DNA of 64,000 nt from Candidatus Omnitrophota bacterium (GTDB lineage: Bacteria > Omnitrophota > Gorgyraeia > Aquiviventales > Aquiviventaceae). The stretch covers positions 22,464 to 86,463 of the forward strand of contig JAHFGV010000001.1 in assembly GCA_023247255.1 (NCBI GenBank), given 5' to 3'. Shown here one piece after another: positions 47,652-57,420 of this stretch; position 1 is the first letter of the stretch; every line of letters begins with the position of its first letter. The notes below the pieces were generated by a model. That model saw only the letters and a program-made list of their open reading frames with translations, ran no database searches and was not told where the DNA came from. The position numbers and the translations under genes are program-made.

Positions 47652-48053
47652 CTATGCATTTTTGCCTTCCTGGGGAAGCTGTCGGAACACGGCTGCAAGC
47701 TCAGCTTTGCTTATCTTACCCGACGCCACCTTCAACATGGCGTCCTTAAGGTCTCCCGCCGGATCGGTAAGACTGACATCGTTCAGTTCCAGAAAGACCA
47801 ACGCGCAGGCTAACGCCGTCCGCTTGTTGCCATCGACGAACGGGTGATTCTGACAAAGATGATACGCATAGGCAGCGGCCATCTCATAGACGTCCTGGTG
47901 GAGCCATTCACCAGCGAACGAAGCCTCAGGCTGCGCAAGCGCTGATTGGAGCAGGCCCATGTCACGCAATCCGGCCTGGCCTCCGTAGCGTCTGAGTTGG
48001 TCGGCGTGTACTTCAACAACCTCGGCCAGCGTCAGGAATTGCGGCTCGCCCAC
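47652..48053 (-). CDS. doc: Doc (Fic-family) type II toxin
   Basis: GLRDMGLLQSAL, HPFVDGNKRTA; GTG start 7 nt after antitoxin stop. Confidence 0.92.
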   Translation of the reverse strand: MGEPQFLTLAEVVEVHADQLRRYGGQAGLRDMGLLQSALAQPEASFAGEWLHQDVYEMAAAYAYHLCQNHPFVDGNKRTALACALVFLELNDVSLTDPAGDLKDAMLKVASGKISKAELAAVFRQLPQEGKNA

Positions 48054-48060
48054 GGCCAGC

Positions 48061-48288
48061 TTACTCCGCCAATTCCTTGAGCGTCTTGCCGTGGCGCCGA
48101 TTGACGGCCTCCAGGGCAGAACGGAAACGCCGTTCCTGCGTGGCATCCCTCAGGGGCGAAATGATAAGATTTCGGCCATCGGTGGACAACTCAAGCGGAG
48201 TTTTCGTGGTAATGTGGAGCAGTTCCAGCACAGCCTTATCGATGACCAGTGCTGTGCTGTTACCATGTTGCGTCAGATGTTTCACCAT
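48061..48288 (-). CDS. AbrB/MazE-type antitoxin
   Basis: LTQHGNSTALVIDK, C-terminal RHGKTLKELAE; directly upstream of doc. Confidence 0.88.
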   Translation of the reverse strand: MVKHLTQHGNSTALVIDKAVLELLHITTKTPLELSTDGRNLIISPLRDATQERRFRSALEAVNRRHGKTLKELAE

Positions 48289-48312
48289 CTGAACCCCCTG
48301 TTTGACTGGTTA

Positions 48313-48355
48313 TACAGTGTACTTACAATGTATCACCTCCATTGCGGCTCGTCAA
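48313..48355 (-). promoter_or_regulatory. TA promoter with tandem palindromic operators
   Basis: TTGACG-17 nt-TACATT; TACAnTGTA at 48313..48321 and 48324..48332. Confidence 0.7.
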
Positions 48356-48545
48356 GTGTCGCCACCTCAGCAGCGGCCAGCACCAGCCGAAATCCTTCCG
48401 CCAGGGCGTGAAACACCTGGCTGGTGTCGTGGATGGTGTCCGGCTCCGGTGCTTCAGAAAGTCCAGGTATTTTCGCACTATGGTCATCCATACGTCTAGA
48501 GGTAGAATTGTTTGGTCATCTTAAAAAATAGAACCGCCACCTCAT

Positions 48546-48770
48546 TTACCGGCAGCCACGGTCAGCATTCCAGGTTTTCCCATTCCGGCAGGAGCAGACG
48601 ACATCCTTTCCCTCGATGCGCTCGGGACGGGAGCAGGCTTCCGCAAAGGCGGTTTCGCAGTTGAGAAAAACCCCTCCGGTTAACTCGCACAGGGATTTAA
48701 ACCTCGCGAGATCGCTCTTCGCCTGACACCCTGCGAATGCAAAAAGCACGATTATGAGGATTCTGAACAC
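48546..48770 (-). CDS. Small Cys-rich lipoprotein
   Basis: Hydrophobic signal with FAGC lipobox plus six further Cys. Confidence 0.65.
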   Translation of the reverse strand: MFRILIIVLFAFAGCQAKSDLARFKSLCELTGGVFLNCETAFAEACSRPERIEGKDVVCSCRNGKTWNADRGCR

Positions 48771-48962
48771 TGATCTTCCCGTAAACTAAGTAGACGTATT
48801 ACGGTTCTAGTGTATTCATAATAGGTTACGAGTTAATTCCGGTAAAAGCTCTGCGCTTTCACAGTGAGCTTGTTCAAAGACTCCGCAACGCTCTTAAGCA
48901 GTTCCTTCAAGTTTTTGGTCCTCATAGCGTAGCCCCTTTTACATATGTCGCTATGTGTTGCA

Positions 48963-49955
48963 TTATGGGCTGACACAAAGGCTGCGCACGCGATCGAGGA
49001 GTTGTCTTGCCTTTCCACTCTCGATTGTCTGACGTGCGGACTCCATGCCCTCTTGGATCGTCGCTGCGCGATTGGAAACGTAGATCACACAGCCGGCATT
49101 GACTACGACGATGTCGCGGGCTGGTCCTTCCTTGCCATCCAGAATGTCGCGGGCAATCGCGGCGTTTCTTTCCACAGAACCTCCCTGGATGGCTGGTAGC
49201 AAAACACGTGGAATATCAAAGGCTCGGGTATCGAGCGTGGCGCGCGTGATACGACCGTCTCGGACCTCCAGGGTATCTGTGAGTGCTGTGGTGCTGATCT
49301 CATCCAAACCATCGCGACCATGGACAACCATTCCATGCTGAACACCCAGTCGGCTGATGGCTTCTGCCATCGGCTGCAATAACCGCTCGTCGGAGACTCC
49401 CACCAATTGAAATGCCAGCGCTGCCGGATTCGCCAATGGGCCGATGAGATTGAATAGAGTGCGTATTCCCAGTTCCTTTCGGATACCTGCGACGCCTTTC
49501 ATCGCCGGATGAAAAATCGGGGCAAAACAGAACCCGAATCCCAACGTTTCCACACAGTGGGCCACCTGCTTGGGTGAAGCCGATAGATTAACGCCCATGG
49601 CCTCCAAAACATCGGCACTGCCGCAGCGGCTGGATGCTGCGCGGTTTCCGTGTTTGACGATTCGTACGCCGCTAGCGGCGGCCACCAGCGCAGCAAGTGT
49701 GGAAACGTTCACGGTTTGTTGTTTGTCTCCACCCGTGCCGCAGGTATCACAGAGATTCTGCGTATTTGTCAAGGGCAGGCGCACTGCATGGGCTCGCAGG
49801 ACTTCAACCGCAACAGCTATCTCCTGTGACGTTTCTCCCCGTTTTGCCAGCGTTTGGAGGAAAATCCGCGTGGATTCGGCAGGGTAGCTGCCAGTCATGA
49901 TCTGGGTCATGACCTGGCGCATCGCTTCGGCGGGTAAGGGCTGCTCGAAGTCCAT
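48963..49955 (-). CDS. trpD: Anthranilate phosphoribosyltransferase
   Basis: DTCGTGGD, NVST, KHGNRAASSRCGSAD, GLDEIS. Confidence 0.96.
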   Translation of the reverse strand: MDFEQPLPAEAMRQVMTQIMTGSYPAESTRIFLQTLAKRGETSQEIAVAVEVLRAHAVRLPLTNTQNLCDTCGTGGDKQQTVNVSTLAALVAAASGVRIVKHGNRAASSRCGSADVLEAMGVNLSASPKQVAHCVETLGFGFCFAPIFHPAMKGVAGIRKELGIRTLFNLIGPLANPAALAFQLVGVSDERLLQPMAEAISRLGVQHGMVVHGRDGLDEISTTALTDTLEVRDGRITRATLDTRAFDIPRVLLPAIQGGSVERNAAIARDILDGKEGPARDIVVVNAGCVIYVSNRAATIQEGMESARQTIESGKARQLLDRVRSLCVSP

Positions 49956-49956
49956 C

Positions 49957-50556
49957 CTATCGATGAGAAGGCCGGCGTTTGTGAAAGTCCCTCACCAGGC
50001 GTAGGAAATTCCGCAACAGATCCTTGCCCTGTGTGGTGAGGATGGACTCCGGGTGAAACTGCACGCCATATACAGGCAGATGGCGATGTTGGAGTCCCAT
50101 GATTTCGCGCTGAATCGTCCAGGCCGTAACGCGGAGTGTCTTGGGTAGAGTCTCTCGACGCACGATCAACGAATGATAGCGGGTGGCTTCAAAAGGATTG
50201 GGAAGTTTTCGGAACAGTCCGGTCCGTATGTGATAGATTGCGGAAGTCTTACCGTGCATGGGCCGTCTGGCACGGACCACGTGGCCTCCGAAGACCTCGC
50301 CGATGCATTGGTGGCCCAGGCATACGCCAAGAATAGGGGTGGATGCTGCGAAGGTTTTGATGAGGTCATTAGATATCCCAGCATCGGAAGGGTTGCCTGG
50401 CCCAGGAGAGATGACAATGCTCGACGGTTTGAGTCGCCGGATGCCCTTTAAGGTGATTTGATCGTTGCGCTTGACCACCAGTTCCTCACCCAATTCTCCC
50501 AAGTATTGGACGAGGTTGTAAGTGAACGAGTCGTAATTGTCGATCATGAGGATCAT
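49957..50556 (-). CDS. trpG: Anthranilate synthase component II
   Basis: [29 protein letters not shown]. Confidence 0.95.
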   Translation of the reverse strand: MILMIDNYDSFTYNLVQYLGELGEELVVKRNDQITLKGIRRLKPSSIVISPGPGNPSDAGISNDLIKTFAASTPILGVCLGHQCIGEVFGGHVVRARRPMHGKTSAIYHIRTGLFRKLPNPFEATRYHSLIVRRETLPKTLRVTAWTIQREIMGLQHRHLPVYGVQFHPESILTTQGKDLLRNFLRLVRDFHKRRPSHR

Positions 50557-50572
50557 GGATAACCTCTAAATG

Positions 50573-50696
50573 GGATTTGCGCGTTGGCGCGAGTGTGCAT
50601 GTTAACGTTTCTACCTGTGCAATGGGACAGCTTGAAGCTTGTTAACTCGCGCACTCGCAAACCCACTAACGCGCTAACTCGCCAACACGCTAACCC
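50573..50696. repeat. Inverted octamer-type repeat patch
   Basis: ttgcgcgttggcgcgagtg ... aactcgcgcactcgcaaacccactaacgcgctaactcgccaacacgctaac. Confidence 0.55.
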
Positions 50697-52186
50697 TTTC
50701 GTCGTTCCGCCAACTCAATGGCTTGGAGCATGCCTTTGGCCTTGTTGATCGTCTCTTGATATTCCCGATCGGGTTGGGAATCCGCGACGATACCGGCACC
50801 TGCTTGAATATAAGCGTGACGATCTTTAACCAGGATGGTGCGGATCGTGATGCACGCATCGAGGTTTCCGGAGAAGCTGAAATAGCCGACGGCTCCGGCG
50901 TAAATGCCCCGATCTTGCCGCTCCAACTGGGCAATAATTTCCATAGCCCTGACTTTAGGAGCACCGGTGACGGTTCCTGCCGGGAACGTGGCACGCAAGG
51001 CGTCGAAAGCTGTTTTTCCTGAACGCAGCTTACCTGTCACCCCGCTGACTAGATGCAGAACATGCGAGTATTTCTCAACGATCATCAGCTCCGGGGTGCG
51101 AACCGATCCTACCTGGGCCACTCGACCCAGATCGTTGCGTCCCAAATCCACGAGCATGAGATGTTCGGCGCGTTCCTTGGGACTTGTGCGCAACTGATGA
51201 ATCAGGCGCTCATCCTCACGTTCACTCTTACCCCTGGGTCGAGTGCCGGCAATGGGCCGGGTTTCCAGAAGACCTTCTTCGCAGCGGATGAGCATTTCCG
51301 GAGAAGATCCGACCAGAGACAGGTTTCCTAGACGTAAAAAGAACATATAGGGAGACGGATTGAGCGATCGCAGGGAACGGTAAACTTTCAAGGGTTCGCA
51401 ATCCAAGCGTCTCTCAAAACGTTGAGAAAGAACGACCTGGATGATCTCACCTGAGCGGATCGCTTGCTTGGCCTGGTGGACCATGCTCACAAACTCTTCA
51501 CGACTCATGCTGGACTGAAAGGGCTTCGAGACAGAGGGAATACTTTGTTTTCTCCGGGTATCTGGAAGGCTTCGGGAAAGTTTCCGGGCCATGGCGTGTA
51601 TGGTTTCAACCGCCTTTCGGTAGGCAAGCCGCGGCGCATGCGTCTGGGTTTGGGCGTTGGCCACCAACAATAGCTTATGTTGGGCATGGTCGAAAATGGC
51701 CATTGTCTGGGTCAGCATCAGCATGATGTCCGGCAGGCGCAAGTCATTTTCTCGATGGGTAGGCAGACGTTCCAAGAATCGCACGACGTTATATCCGAGA
51801 TAGCCGACCCATCCTCCGCAAAACCGCGGCAGTCCCTCAACAGGCACAAAACGAATGGGTGCCGTCAGGCGTTCGATTTCCTTGAGGGGATCCGGCACAT
51901 TTTCAAAACGCCGCGTTTGGCGAGTGCCCTGCCCGAATGTTGTGAGATCGACGTTTCTGCCGCTGCTGGTGAAAAGCATCTGCGGGCTGCTACCCAGGAA
52001 TGAAAAACGCGCGACTTTTTCTGTTCCCTCTACCGATTCGAGCAGATAGCTGAGCCGGCCGTCGTCCAGTTTCATAAACGCGCTCACAGGCGTTTCCAAA
52101 TCAGCCAGCATCGTCCCGTAGACAGGAATAACATTTCCCTGTTTTGCTAAACGGATGAACTCAACTTCTGATGGTTGAATCTTCAT
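50690..52186 (-). CDS. trpE: Anthranilate synthase component I
   Basis: LLESVEG, NPSPYMF, GSSPE, PIAGTRPRG, EHLMLVDLGRND, PAGTVTGAPK. Confidence 0.96.
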   Translation of the reverse strand: MKIQPSEVEFIRLAKQGNVIPVYGTMLADLETPVSAFMKLDDGRLSYLLESVEGTEKVARFSFLGSSPQMLFTSSGRNVDLTTFGQGTRQTRRFENVPDPLKEIERLTAPIRFVPVEGLPRFCGGWVGYLGYNVVRFLERLPTHRENDLRLPDIMLMLTQTMAIFDHAQHKLLLVANAQTQTHAPRLAYRKAVETIHAMARKLSRSLPDTRRKQSIPSVSKPFQSSMSREEFVSMVHQAKQAIRSGEIIQVVLSQRFERRLDCEPLKVYRSLRSLNPSPYMFFLRLGNLSLVGSSPEMLIRCEEGLLETRPIAGTRPRGKSEREDERLIHQLRTSPKERAEHLMLVDLGRNDLGRVAQVGSVRTPELMIVEKYSHVLHLVSGVTGKLRSGKTAFDALRATFPAGTVTGAPKVRAMEIIAQLERQDRGIYAGAVGYFSFSGNLDACITIRTILVKDRHAYIQAGAGIVADSQPDREYQETINKAKGMLQAIELAERRKG

Positions 52187-52192
52187 AACAGG

Positions 52193-52837
52193 TCACAGGT
52201 TCTTTGAATTAAACGGAAACCATGTTTGTAAAAGTGTGCGGAGGCGCACAAACGATTCATCCTGGCACCGATCCAAACTGACCCTTTCGGCAAGCTGTCG
52301 ATACAGAGAAGATGAGCGTGGAATACTGACTTGTTTCAATGCTGTTTCAAGGGCCCTCCGTGGTTCTTGAGGTTTTCTGTCAGACCCTTTCCATAATTCC
52401 TGATGTTGTAGCCAATTTCGTAATGTGGGTGTTCTGCCTTTCCATCCTAAGACGGCATCTACCTCGCTTGAATCACTCCATACCCACACTTCCAATTCAG
52501 GGTTGATAACGAGCACTTCCGCACGCTCATCCCACCCATTATTAGCGAGCCTAGCTTTTAGATTAGCTTCGATTTCCTGGACACCCGAAGTTTCTTGGCC
52601 ACAGCCTTTAGCATCAAATACCACCAGTGCTCGCTTAGCCTTTTTAAAGTAGAAACGCAATACCTCAGGGGCTTCCTTAAAGCATCCAGGGTCTCGGTGG
52701 AAATTTACTAGAATCTCGTATCGAATGGACCGAATACCCAGGCTTCTTTGACGTGTGGAGATGAGTCCTTCGAAAACTTCTCGTTCATCAGTTCCTGGAA
52801 CAAGCAAGATAAGATCGAGCGGAGATTCAGCATTCAT
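52193..52837 (-). CDS. Toprim-like / MAD4-like partner of ABC ATPase
   Basis: DLILLV, HRDPGC, VVFDAKG, PELEVWVW, C-terminal CQDESF; ATGA-coupled to the ATPase; family recognised from memory only. Confidence 0.6.
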   Translation of the reverse strand: MNAESPLDLILLVPGTDEREVFEGLISTRQRSLGIRSIRYEILVNFHRDPGCFKEAPEVLRFYFKKAKRALVVFDAKGCGQETSGVQEIEANLKARLANNGWDERAEVLVINPELEVWVWSDSSEVDAVLGWKGRTPTLRNWLQHQELWKGSDRKPQEPRRALETALKQVSIPRSSSLYRQLAERVSLDRCQDESFVRLRTLLQTWFPFNSKNL

Positions 52838-54093
52838 CCGAGAACGCCTGTTGCAAATAGCGTCCCAAGATCAATGCCTCTTCGCCAATCTCGTAACATC
52901 GGATGTTCGCTTCCACGGACGATATCCGTAGCACCTCCGCTGCTACGAGCGAAACAAAGAATTTGCTCAGGCTCAGCAAGGGAGAGGATCACGGGTGAGT
53001 GGCTGGCGCACAGAATTTGGTTCTCATAAGTCGATGAGAGTGACTGGAATACTGCTTCAACGGCTCTGGGATGAATGCCATTCTCAGGTTCCTCAATGAG
53101 ATAAATGTGCCCTGCTTGATTGAGATAGGCCAACAGGGTGAGAGCGAGCAGTCGCAGTGTCCCATCGGATATCATCCAAGATGGCGCACTCAGTCCCGAC
53201 TGATAGGATAGGCGAAGATAGCGATGTTTGTCCTCTGGCCGTTCTACCGTATCGACCGTGTTCAAATCCGTAAGTGCCGTGCGCACGTGTCCAATCCAGC
53301 GTTCAAAACGTTCTGGGGATTTCCGTAGCTCCTCGATTACTAACGGTAGATTGGATCCATCAGGCTGAAATTCTTGAGGGCTTCCAGGAGGAGTAGGACG
53401 TCGCATCGCCTGGCTATTGAGAGTCAGACTCTGGATGCCTTCTATAAGTAGATGTTTAACCCAGATAGCCACAGGGAAACGATTTTCGTCCTCAGGCAAG
53501 TTAGCGAGCGCTGAGCGCTGGGGTCCCAATCTAAAGGGGTTGTTCCAATCTGTCGTTTCGGAAAAGAAGTAATCGTTACCGGACTCAGATTTTTTTGTCA
53601 CAACTTTTTTCCATCCTGAAGGGGTATGTTTTCCTTCGGGAAGGACAACAGGTGTGGTTATCACCTGAAGGGATGGAAAAAGTTCACGTTGGTTCTCTTT
53701 CTTTTCTTCCTCTTTAGGAGCAGGTTTTAACCAGAGCGTTTCGCTAAGGATGGAAAGCACATTCTTAACATCTAAACCTATAGCCATTTCATACCGTGCG
53801 CGTTCATACCCATTGCGTGGAAGTTGCCGCCGTCGTTCTTCAGGAATCTCCATTTCAACAGCGATTTCAAATTCTTTATTCTGTCCCATCCAGATCAGAT
53901 CTGACAGGTTGGGTGAGCGAGAATGGACCGCTTCCATGAGTCCATCTTTAAGCACATCACCGAGTAGACGGATGACATCCAGAAAAGTCGATTTTCCACT
54001 GGCATTGGGTCCTACAAGAACATGGAAGCTCTCCATTTGCTGGCGTACACGGTGTAAACAGCGATATCCCTCCACGTCAATCAGTCGGATCAT
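52834..54093 (-). CDS. AAA_21/ABC-type ATPase (MAD3/OLD-like)
   Basis: GPNASGKST Walker A, ISDGTLR signature, LIEEPENGIHP Walker B/D-loop, ASHSP. Confidence 0.88.
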   Translation of the reverse strand: MIRLIDVEGYRCLHRVRQQMESFHVLVGPNASGKSTFLDVIRLLGDVLKDGLMEAVHSRSPNLSDLIWMGQNKEFEIAVEMEIPEERRRQLPRNGYERARYEMAIGLDVKNVLSILSETLWLKPAPKEEEKKENQRELFPSLQVITTPVVLPEGKHTPSGWKKVVTKKSESGNDYFFSETTDWNNPFRLGPQRSALANLPEDENRFPVAIWVKHLLIEGIQSLTLNSQAMRRPTPPGSPQEFQPDGSNLPLVIEELRKSPERFERWIGHVRTALTDLNTVDTVERPEDKHRYLRLSYQSGLSAPSWMISDGTLRLLALTLLAYLNQAGHIYLIEEPENGIHPRAVEAVFQSLSSTYENQILCASHSPVILSLAEPEQILCFARSSGGATDIVRGSEHPMLRDWRRGIDLGTLFATGVLG

Positions 54094-54524
54094 TTTGAAA
54101 CTCCTTTGTACACTTTCTTTGGATCGAAAACCTTTCGACTCTGGACTTGTAATCTTCCTAAATGGGAGAGAATCCGAAAATAGCAACTGAAGTATCCGGC
54201 GTGGCAGGCGGCGACGCGCTGGCGGACGAAAAACACAAGGGATTTGCCTTCACAGTCAACGGCTATACTTTGGATGAACTGAATGTGTCCAGAGGTCTCT
54301 CCTTTACGCATGAGTGTCTGTTGGGAGCGTCGGAAAAGATAAACGGTTCCTGTCTGTAGGCTCTTACGCAAAGCTTCACGGTTGAGGTAGCACAGGGTCA
54401 GAACTTGCTTGCTCTTGGCATCTTGGATGATTGTTGGAATCAGTTCCTCATCGGAGAACTTCAAAACCGAAACGAGTTGGCGGAAACCGGCTAAGGCTTT
54501 GCCGCGCTGAAGGTTTGTCTTCAT
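54090..54524 (-). CDS. hisI: Phosphoribosyl-AMP cyclohydrolase
   Basis: [22 protein letters not shown]. Confidence 0.92.
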   Translation of the reverse strand: MKTNLQRGKALAGFRQLVSVLKFSDEELIPTIIQDAKSKQVLTLCYLNREALRKSLQTGTVYLFRRSQQTLMRKGETSGHIQFIQSIAVDCEGKSLVFFVRQRVAACHAGYFSCYFRILSHLGRLQVQSRKVFDPKKVYKGVSK

Positions 54525-55309
54525 ATCCGAACCGTCAGTCCTTTAGAGGCAATATAACGTTTCACTTCCGCAATCGTAAGCTCTCCAAAATGAAACAAAG
54601 AGGCGGCCAAGGCGGCGTCGGCCTTGCCCTGTGTGAGTGCTTTTACGAAGTGCTCCGGATTACCGGCACCGCCGGATGCGATCACAGGAATCGAGACCGC
54701 TTCAGAGACGGCTTTCGTCAATGCCACGTCATAGCCCATTTTCGTGCCGTCTCGATCCATACTGGTGAGGAGAATCTCACCCGCTCCCATTTCTTGCGCT
54801 TCCTTCGCCCATTCCACAGCGTCCTTCCCTGTAGGATTCCTTCCTCCGTGGGTGTAGACTTTCCATTCGGATTGCGGATTGTGAATTGTGGGTTGTGGAT
54901 CTGAATGACGGCGCTTGGCATCGATGGCTACGACGATACACTGAGCGCCGAATCTTTCAGACGCTTCGCGGATAAAAATGGGATTCTCAAGCGCGCTTGT
55001 GTTGATTGAGACCTTATCGGCTCCCGCTTTCAACAGAGCGCGGATGTCCTCCAGCGTGCGAATTCCTCCACCCACCGTCAGGGGCATGAAGGCAACGGAT
55101 GCGGTTTTCGCCACTACGTCGATGAGAATCGGCCGCTGCTCAAAACTCGCGGTGATGTCGAGAAAGACAAGCTCATCGGCCCCCGCATCGTTGTAAGCCT
55201 TGGCCGCATCGACTGGGTCTCCAGCATCCTTGAGGCTCACGAACCGCACGCCTTTGATGATGCGTCCGCGATCTACATCGAGACAAGGAATGATGCGTTT
55301 AGCTAGCAT
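54521..55309 (-). CDS. hisF: Imidazole glycerol phosphate synthase cyclase subunit
   Basis: [30 protein letters not shown]. Confidence 0.97.
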   Translation of the reverse strand: MLAKRIIPCLDVDRGRIIKGVRFVSLKDAGDPVDAAKAYNDAGADELVFLDITASFEQRPILIDVVAKTASVAFMPLTVGGGIRTLEDIRALLKAGADKVSINTSALENPIFIREASERFGAQCIVVAIDAKRRHSDPQPTIHNPQSEWKVYTHGGRNPTGKDAVEWAKEAQEMGAGEILLTSMDRDGTKMGYDVALTKAVSEAVSIPVIASGGAGNPEHFVKALTQGKADAALAASLFHFGELTIAEVKRYIASKGLTVRI

Positions 55310-55328
55310 ATTAGCGCGTAGCTATCTG

Positions 55329-56054
55329 CTAAGTCCCAAGTGCTTGGATGGCTTGCTTGAGATCAATCTGTTTCTCATACAACGCCTTGCCGACGATGGC
55401 TCCCATTAAGCCACGTTCTTCCAAATTCTTGAGCTGCTGCAGATCTTTCAACGATGCGATTCCTCCAGATGCAATCAGCTGTTTGGGGCCGACGTCCAAG
55501 ATTTCTTCCAGCAGGGAAAGATTAGGCCCTTGGAGCATTCCGTCGCGGCTGACATCCGTGCAAATCAGCGTCTCGACTCCTAGCATGACGACACTACGTG
55601 CCAGAGCCGATGGTTTCAGGGTGGTTGAACGCATCCAACCTCTGGCAACGACCTGCCCGGCCCTTGCGTCAATGGCGACGGCGATCTTGGAGCCGTAACG
55701 GTCAGCAGCTTCCTGAACGAAAACCGGATCCTCACAGGCTTTGGTGCCCAGAACCACTCGGGCAGCCCCTGAGGCAAAAGCCTGGGTGAGGGCTTGCTTA
55801 GTGCGGATTCCCCCGCTCAATTCGACCGAAGCATTGCATGAACGGATGATCCGCTCAGCCAGGGGAAGATTGACGTATGTCCCCTCGAAGGCGCCGTTAA
55901 GATCCACAACGTGCAACCAGCAAGCGCCTTGAGCTACCCACTGCTTAGCGATGGCTATCGGATCTTTGGAATAGACGACGACTTGATCCCGTTTGCCTTG
56001 GGAGAGCCGCACCACTTGTCCATCGAGCAAGTCAATCGCTGGAATAATAATCAT
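55329..56054 (-). CDS. hisA: ProFAR isomerase
   Basis: IIPAIDL, LHVVDLNGA, TDVSRDGMLQGPN, ASGG. Confidence 0.95.
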   Translation of the reverse strand: MIIIPAIDLLDGQVVRLSQGKRDQVVVYSKDPIAIAKQWVAQGACWLHVVDLNGAFEGTYVNLPLAERIIRSCNASVELSGGIRTKQALTQAFASGAARVVLGTKACEDPVFVQEAADRYGSKIAVAIDARAGQVVARGWMRSTTLKPSALARSVVMLGVETLICTDVSRDGMLQGPNLSLLEEILDVGPKQLIASGGIASLKDLQQLKNLEERGLMGAIVGKALYEKQIDLKQAIQALGT

Positions 56055-56692
56055 AGAGAAATGAAATTTCTGAGAAGCTGCAATCCCAGTGTCTGACTTT
56101 TTTCAGGATGAAACTGCGTGGCGTAGAGATTTTCCCGCCACACCATCGATGCAAACCGGACGCCATAATCTGTTTCCAGTATGACTACCGATCGGTCGGC
56201 TGGTTCAGGATAATAGGAATGGACGAAGTACACAAAACTTCCATCCGGTATCCCCTCCAGCAGTGGACAGGTCTTTTGCTTTTGCTGATTGCTGTAAATC
56301 TGATTCCATCCCATGTGGGGAATTTTAAGGGGCGAGGGGCGCGAGGCGAGGGGCGAGGTTTTTGCACGGAAGCGTTTAACAACGCCTCTCAAGACTCCGA
56401 GGCCAGATGAGGCTTCTCCTTCTTCACTGCGTTCAAAAAGCAATTGCAACCCAAGACAGATGCCTAAGTAAGGAACGCCACGCGTGATCGCTGATGTAAT
56501 CGGTCCAATCAGCCCACGTGAGGATAACTCCTGCATGGCTGCTGGAAAAGCGCCCACCCCTGGCAGAATGAGTTTGTCGGCCTTCGCCACTTCAACCGGA
56601 TTGCTTGAGACACGGACAGACGCCCCGAGTGCCTCCAACGCTTTGGAGACGCTGCGCAAATTTCCCATACCGTAATCGATGATGACAATCAT
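56051..56692 (-). CDS. hisH: Imidazole glycerol phosphate synthase glutaminase subunit
   Basis: IDYGMGNLRSV, LPGVG, GICLG, PHMGWN, QFHPEKS. Confidence 0.96.
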   Translation of the reverse strand: MIVIIDYGMGNLRSVSKALEALGASVRVSSNPVEVAKADKLILPGVGAFPAAMQELSSRGLIGPITSAITRGVPYLGICLGLQLLFERSEEGEASSGLGVLRGVVKRFRAKTSPLASRPSPLKIPHMGWNQIYSNQQKQKTCPLLEGIPDGSFVYFVHSYYPEPADRSVVILETDYGVRFASMVWRENLYATQFHPEKSQTLGLQLLRNFISL

Positions 56693-56759
56693 ATACGGGG
56701 CAGGGGGCAAGGGGCGCGGGGCATGGGAGCCTGTCCCCTGTCTCGTGCCCCTTGGCTCT

Positions 56760-57362
56760 TCATAGGTGGCCCTTCGAGGAGGGGATTCCTTTTACCCGCG
56801 GGTTGCGCGTTACAGCTTGGCAAAGGGCGCGTCCCAGGGCTTTGAAGACCGCCTCAAGGACATGGTGGAAGTCGCTGCCAGAGAGGACGTCAATGTGAAT
56901 CGTTAGTTTCGCGGCCCTTGCGAAGGACTCGAGGAAATGCTCGGCATCCCCCCATTGATAAGAAGTGCTGGATGAAAGGCCTCCTTTGGAACGACTGCTG
57001 CGCGCATCCCTGAAGGCTACCTTGGGCCTTCCGGAGATGTCTAGAACCACACGCGCTAGGGCTTCGTCCATGGGAACGTAAGCACAACCAAAACGCTCAA
57101 TCCCGACACGTTTTCCCAACGTTTGGTCAAGTGCTTCTCCCAGAACAAGTCCAATATCTTCATTCGTGTGGTGCAAGTCGATATCCAAATCACCCTGCGC
57201 TTGGATGTTCAGATCCAACAATCCGTGGACGCCCAGAAGGGTGAGCATGTGATTCAGGAATGGGATGCCTGTTTTGACAGAAGCCTTCCCGGCTCCATCT
57301 AAGTTGAGTGTCACACGAATGTTCGTTTCTTTACTCTTGCGTATTATGTTCGCTTGTCTCAT
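56760..57362 (-). CDS. hisB: Imidazoleglycerol-phosphate dehydratase
   Basis: FLNHML, DLHHTNED, PMDEAL, HHVLEAVFKA. Confidence 0.95.
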   Translation of the reverse strand: MRQANIIRKSKETNIRVTLNLDGAGKASVKTGIPFLNHMLTLLGVHGLLDLNIQAQGDLDIDLHHTNEDIGLVLGEALDQTLGKRVGIERFGCAYVPMDEALARVVLDISGRPKVAFRDARSSRSKGGLSSSTSYQWGDAEHFLESFARAAKLTIHIDVLSGSDFHHVLEAVFKALGRALCQAVTRNPRVKGIPSSKGHL

Positions 57363-57420
57363 CTAAACGGTCTACTCTCTCGTTTTTTGGACACTGGGCC
57401 ACTCAGGCTCACCTTGCCAT

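Larger units (their letters stand above)
42500..48930 (-). mobile_element. Accessory defence/TA islet splitting trpD from trpC (no integrase seen)
   Basis: Non-core genes (TIR, two PD-(D/E)XK-like proteins, HTH, Doc TA) between normally adjacent trp genes; partly AT-richer by eye; boundaries approximate. Confidence 0.7.

Noticed and set aside
42500-48930. Integron cassette array (attC sites)
   Set aside because: The 82-bp repeat has a GTTAT end but no matching RYYYAAC box or L-box pairing, is not present after every gene, and no intI is visible
33086-54093. trp attenuator or T-box leader
   Set aside because: No room upstream of trpE, and no Trp-codon leader peptide or T-box motif noticed upstream of trpB or trpC
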